A stretch of 54,978 bases of DNA from a virus (Duplodnaviria > Caudoviricetes). The position numbers and the translations under genes are program-made. Of the stretch, positions 52,121 to 54,978 are shown in pieces; within the stretch, counting starts at the first letter, position 1; each line of letters starts with the position of its first letter. Under the pieces are notes generated by a model. The model was not told the origin of the DNA. It made no database searches and saw only the letters and a program-made list of their open reading frames with translations. Location: IMG/VR virus record IMGVR_UViG_3300023242_000561, positions 1 to 54,978 of that record; one strand, 5' to 3'.

Positions 52121-52162
52121 AAGTGCTTTATTTATTACAGCACGTTAACCCACAAAACAAAC

Positions 52163-52756
52163 CTATTCTTCTACTTTAGGAGCAGTACTAGGTACTGAAA
52201 CATTCTCAACAGGAGCAGGCTTAATCATTTCAACTCTTGTCTTTTCAGGTGGAAGTTCGGCTTTGTTTACCTTATTAAGTGTCTCATTTAAAGACGCTTC
52301 ATATTCTTTATATGCAGGAACATCACCTTCAGTAAATGCAATTACTTGTTCACTAAGTAACCAGAAGATGTGTCCTCTTACATTATATCTTATAGGTCGT
52401 GTTTCGCTTAAGTCTACATAAGCATACTCACCTACGTTAAACATAGAACCTTCAGCAACACTAATGATCTTATAAGCTCTCATTCCATTCTTGAAAGTCT
52501 CTGCTTGCCATTGTGCTCTCTGTTGATCACTAACTATAAAGCTTAATTTAGGCATAGGTGGTATAGCAACGGCTATATAACCAGGAACTAGTTTAATGTT
52601 AAACTCACCTCTTTTCTGATCAGGTTGATATTCATCAAACGTACTAAAGGTTTGTTTACCACCAAGGGGTTTACCGTTATGGTCAAAAACAGGAGATGAT
52701 TGTGAACCGTTGCTCTTTCCAATCACATCTCGCAAATCTCTTCTTTTGTCATTCAT
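52163..52756 (-). CDS. GroES/Cpn10-like co-chaperonin (start reassigned to ATG 52756)
   Basis: IKLVPGYIAV...IISVAEG...VGEY.YV...LLSEQVI pattern; the promoter lies within the track's 5' extension. Confidence 0.55.
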   Translation of the reverse strand: MNDKRRDLRDVIGKSNGSQSSPVFDHNGKPLGGKQTFSTFDEYQPDQKRGEFNIKLVPGYIAVAIPPMPKLSFIVSDQQRAQWQAETFKNGMRAYKIISVAEGSMFNVGEYAYVDLSETRPIRYNVRGHIFWLLSEQVIAFTEGDVPAYKEYEASLNETLNKVNKAELPPEKTRVEMIKPAPVENVSVPSTAPKVEE

Positions 52757-52779
52757 AATAACTCTATTAATATCTGCAT

Positions 52780-52812
52780 CAAAGATAGTACAAAAAAGTT
52801 TGTACTTCCAAA
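52780..52812 (-). promoter_or_regulatory. Bacteroidetes primary-sigma promoter (-33 TTTG / -7 TAnnTTTG)
   Basis: Minus strand reads TTTG-N21-TATCTTTG, about 24 nt upstream of ATG 52756. Confidence 0.8.
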
Positions 52813-52864
52813 CGAATAGTATAAGAATTTTTATACTTTTTATTTCGTAGATATATAAAAAGCT

Positions 52865-52959
52865 CATATGTAGAAAAGTGTATTTAAATTTTTATTAGGA
52901 ATTTTTTATGGAACATATATAGAAAAATGAATTTGAAAAAATTATAGGAATTTTTTGTG
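52865..52959. repeat. Imperfect tandem repeat, 2 x 46 bp, period 49
   Basis: CATATGTAGAAAAGTG...TAGGAATTTTTTATG versus CATATATAGAAAAATG...TAGGAATTTTTTGTG. Confidence 0.75.
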
Positions 52960-53198
52960 TGAGGGAATCCACATAAAGAATCGACCCCCACTTACTAAAC
53001 AGATGGAAGTACCCCCATCGAATCACAAGATTCCAGACGAATACTATAGATAAGTATAAATTAATTCAACTCTATAAGGTTAATTCAACCACATAAGGTT
53101 GAGTTAATCACTTAATGGTCAACAAGAGTTCAGACGACTCTTAAAGATAAGGATTGCAACGAAGCAATCTGTTTTTTAACTCAATAACCAATTTAATT

Positions 53199-53546
53199 AT
53201 GGACACTTTGAATCCTAATGCCCAAGGTAGTGCAGATCAATCATTTGATCTTGATAGTTTCGTTAGTGAAGCTAAGGTTTATGGTCGTAAGATTTATGAA
53301 GACGTTAAGACTTCACCACCTATTGCTGTAACTGAACAGTTTAAGGTGGAGCAGCAGACTTATGAAGACGGTACTGTTGGTCATGCAATCAGACATGAGT
53401 TACCTAAAGGAACGGTTTATCATCCGTTACGTAAGGGTGTTCCTACTGATTTACCAGCTTATCGTTTAGTTATGTTGAGAGCCATTACAGCATGGCCTGA
53501 GCGTAATATCGAAGTTGGTAAGATTGCTTATGCAGCTATTCAATAA
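53199..53546 (+). CDS. Hypothetical (probably early) protein, paralog of 54527-54892
   Basis: ATG at 53199 with an AT-rich leader; shares motifs with the paralog. Confidence 0.8.
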   Translation: MDTLNPNAQGSADQSFDLDSFVSEAKVYGRKIYEDVKTSPPIAVTEQFKVEQQTYEDGTVGHAIRHELPKGTVYHPLRKGVPTDLPAYRLVMLRAITAWPERNIEVGKIAYAAIQ

Positions 53547-53734
53547 TGTTTAGTTCTTCACTAAGAATAACAGGGCTATTTATAGCTCTGTTATTTACTC
53601 TAACTATTGCTGCTGTAATACTTAGAGGTTACATAGCTGAAGCACTCGCAGGTGTTGAGTTATTATTCAGCTTTAGTATTGTTCCTTTATCTTTAGTTTC
53701 ATTAGTTGTGTTATCAGCAATGAAGAGAAGATAA
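53546..53734 (+). CDS. Possible small two-TM membrane protein
   Basis: TAATG overlap and hydrophobic sequence, but it overlaps a terminator-like hairpin (53566-53595). Confidence 0.4.
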   Translation: MFSSSLRITGLFIALLFTLTIAAVILRGYIAEALAGVELLFSFSIVPLSLVSLVVLSAMKRR

Positions 53735-53743
53735 TGATGTCAT

Positions 53744-53780
53744 TAATGATAGTAGTCACAGAACTGCTATCATTATTTCT
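53744..53780 (+). terminator. Terminator-like hairpin
   Basis: TAATGATAGTAGT/ACTGCTATCATTA stem then TTTCT. Confidence 0.5.
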
Positions 53781-53982
53781 CCAAGCGGCAACAGTTGATA
53801 AAACTCAAGATGAATTAACTTTACTTCCTGAAGGACTAAGTAAATTTCTATATAAAATAGTTGTGAAATCTAAATAAAAGCGTAAGAATCTTATATAGTT
53901 TCTTATATATAAGTACTACAATGCTATAATAATATAATATACTATTTTTAAAATTCTATGCAAGAGGATGCTGAAAAAAAAT

Positions 53983-54042
53983 ATATTAATATAATGAATT
54001 TATTTCCTCGCTTCGCTCGTCATAAATTCATTATATTAATAT
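53983..54042. repeat. Perfect 21-bp inverted repeat with 18-nt GC-rich loop
   Basis: ATATTAATATAATGAATTTAT (53983-54003) and its reverse complement (54022-54042). Confidence 0.95.
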
Positions 54043-54286
54043 GTCTTTTTCTTCGTAGCTAAGCTTCGCTTTGCACCTTTGTGAGCTGAGTGATTGCTAG
54101 TCTTATCATTGAGCTTAACTCATCTGGAGTTGTATGATGTGTACCAGCAACAGTAACTAAAACTCATGTCAAATAACTCAACTCATTTTACAAATTAATT
54201 TTTAAATTAGTTTCTATATTAAATCTAAATGAGATTCTGCTTAGACCAGATGAAATGTGATTCAGCATTTCAAAAACAATTTTCAT

Positions 54287-54369
54287 ACACCTTATATATA
54301 GGTATAAATAAACCTCTCAAAATTTCAGACGAAATGAGAGAAGAGACACACCTTATATATAGGTATAAA
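54287..54369. repeat. 22-bp near-palindromic direct repeat x2 flanking a hairpin
   Basis: ACACCTTATATATAGGTATAAA at 54287-54308 and 54348-54369. Confidence 0.95.
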
Positions 54370-54526
54370 ATTGGCTCTCTCTCTCTTCTCTTCTCTTCTG
54401 AAAACTAGAACCCACAAGATTCCAGACTATTGTCAATTACCACTAAAGTATGAACCCACAAGAGTCCAAACTCTTTCTATATTAAACGTAGTTTATATTT
54501 ATTTTTAATTTTTAAATTTTATTATT

Positions 54527-54892
54527 ATGGACACAGTTAATGTTAATGCCCCAGTAGCAAATGTATCAGCTACACCTCAAGTTGCACCACAAGTTGCAGG
54601 TTTCTTTGATGATCTGCAAGAGTATGGTGAAGCAGTTTATGGACTTCATAAGGAACATACGACAGTAAATGTCAATGATGATCCTTCATTGGAGATTGTA
54701 CAAAATGACAAAGGTTATTCTATTAAGTTAAGAACACCTCAAAACACCGCTAAGTACATACCTATCAAAGGAAATAGGTTGTCTGATAGTGGTATTTACG
54801 GTTTGAGTGAGTTTATTGCATTGAGAGACTGGCAATCAGACACAGCATCAGTCTCCAAAGGCAACATCAGCAAATTTGCTGTAGCCAAATAG
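54527..54892 (+). CDS. Hypothetical (probably early) protein, paralog of 53199-53546
   Basis: 121 aa, AT-rich leader, followed by a terminator. Confidence 0.85.
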   Translation: MDTVNVNAPVANVSATPQVAPQVAGFFDDLQEYGEAVYGLHKEHTTVNVNDDPSLEIVQNDKGYSIKLRTPQNTAKYIPIKGNRLSDSGIYGLSEFIALRDWQSDTASVSKGNISKFAVAK

Positions 54893-54917
54893 CACTCATT
54901 TAACACAATTATTTATT

Positions 54918-54954
54918 ATAACCACTAGTACTTGTTTACTAGTGGTTATGTTTT
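54918..54954 (+). terminator. Intrinsic terminator
   Basis: 13-bp perfect stem ATAACCACTAGTA/TACTAGTGGTTAT followed by GTTTT. Confidence 0.8.
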
Positions 54955-54978
54955 CTAACGCAGTTAAATTTATTAGTT

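Noticed and set aside
1683-52756. Stop-codon reassignment as in some crAss-like phages
   Set aside because: Genes are long and tightly packed in the standard code; TAG (e.g. 43100) and TGA (7088) act as stops.
52757-52867. 5' extension of the GroES-like ORF in the track
   Set aside because: It overlaps a consensus promoter; ATG 52756 is the more plausible start.

Overview
About 55 kb of an AT-rich crAss-like (Crassvirales-type) Bacteroidetes phage genome, read in the standard genetic code. Nearly all of it (1683-52756, minus strand) is the late/virion module in the order familiar from crAss-like phages: GroES-like, nuclease, HU/IHF-like, terminase, portal, scaffold, major capsid, ring/hub proteins, LamG fibre and beta-helix tailspike, lysis cassette, muzzle, cargo proteins, a 3749-aa virion RNA polymerase (DFDVD) and an 1801-aa cargo protein carrying an intact Dda/RecD-like helicase. 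The right end (52.8-55 kb) is a divergent, hairpin- and repeat-rich junction with two paralogous plus-strand (probably early) genes. The left end (1-1.17 kb) is an array of micro-ORFs separated by attC-like AAC...GTT hairpins whose right arms lie in frame inside the next gene, plus two identical 70-bp repeats; this is the best candidate for an undescribed system. All protein assignments come from motif and synteny recognition by eye; no database search was run.
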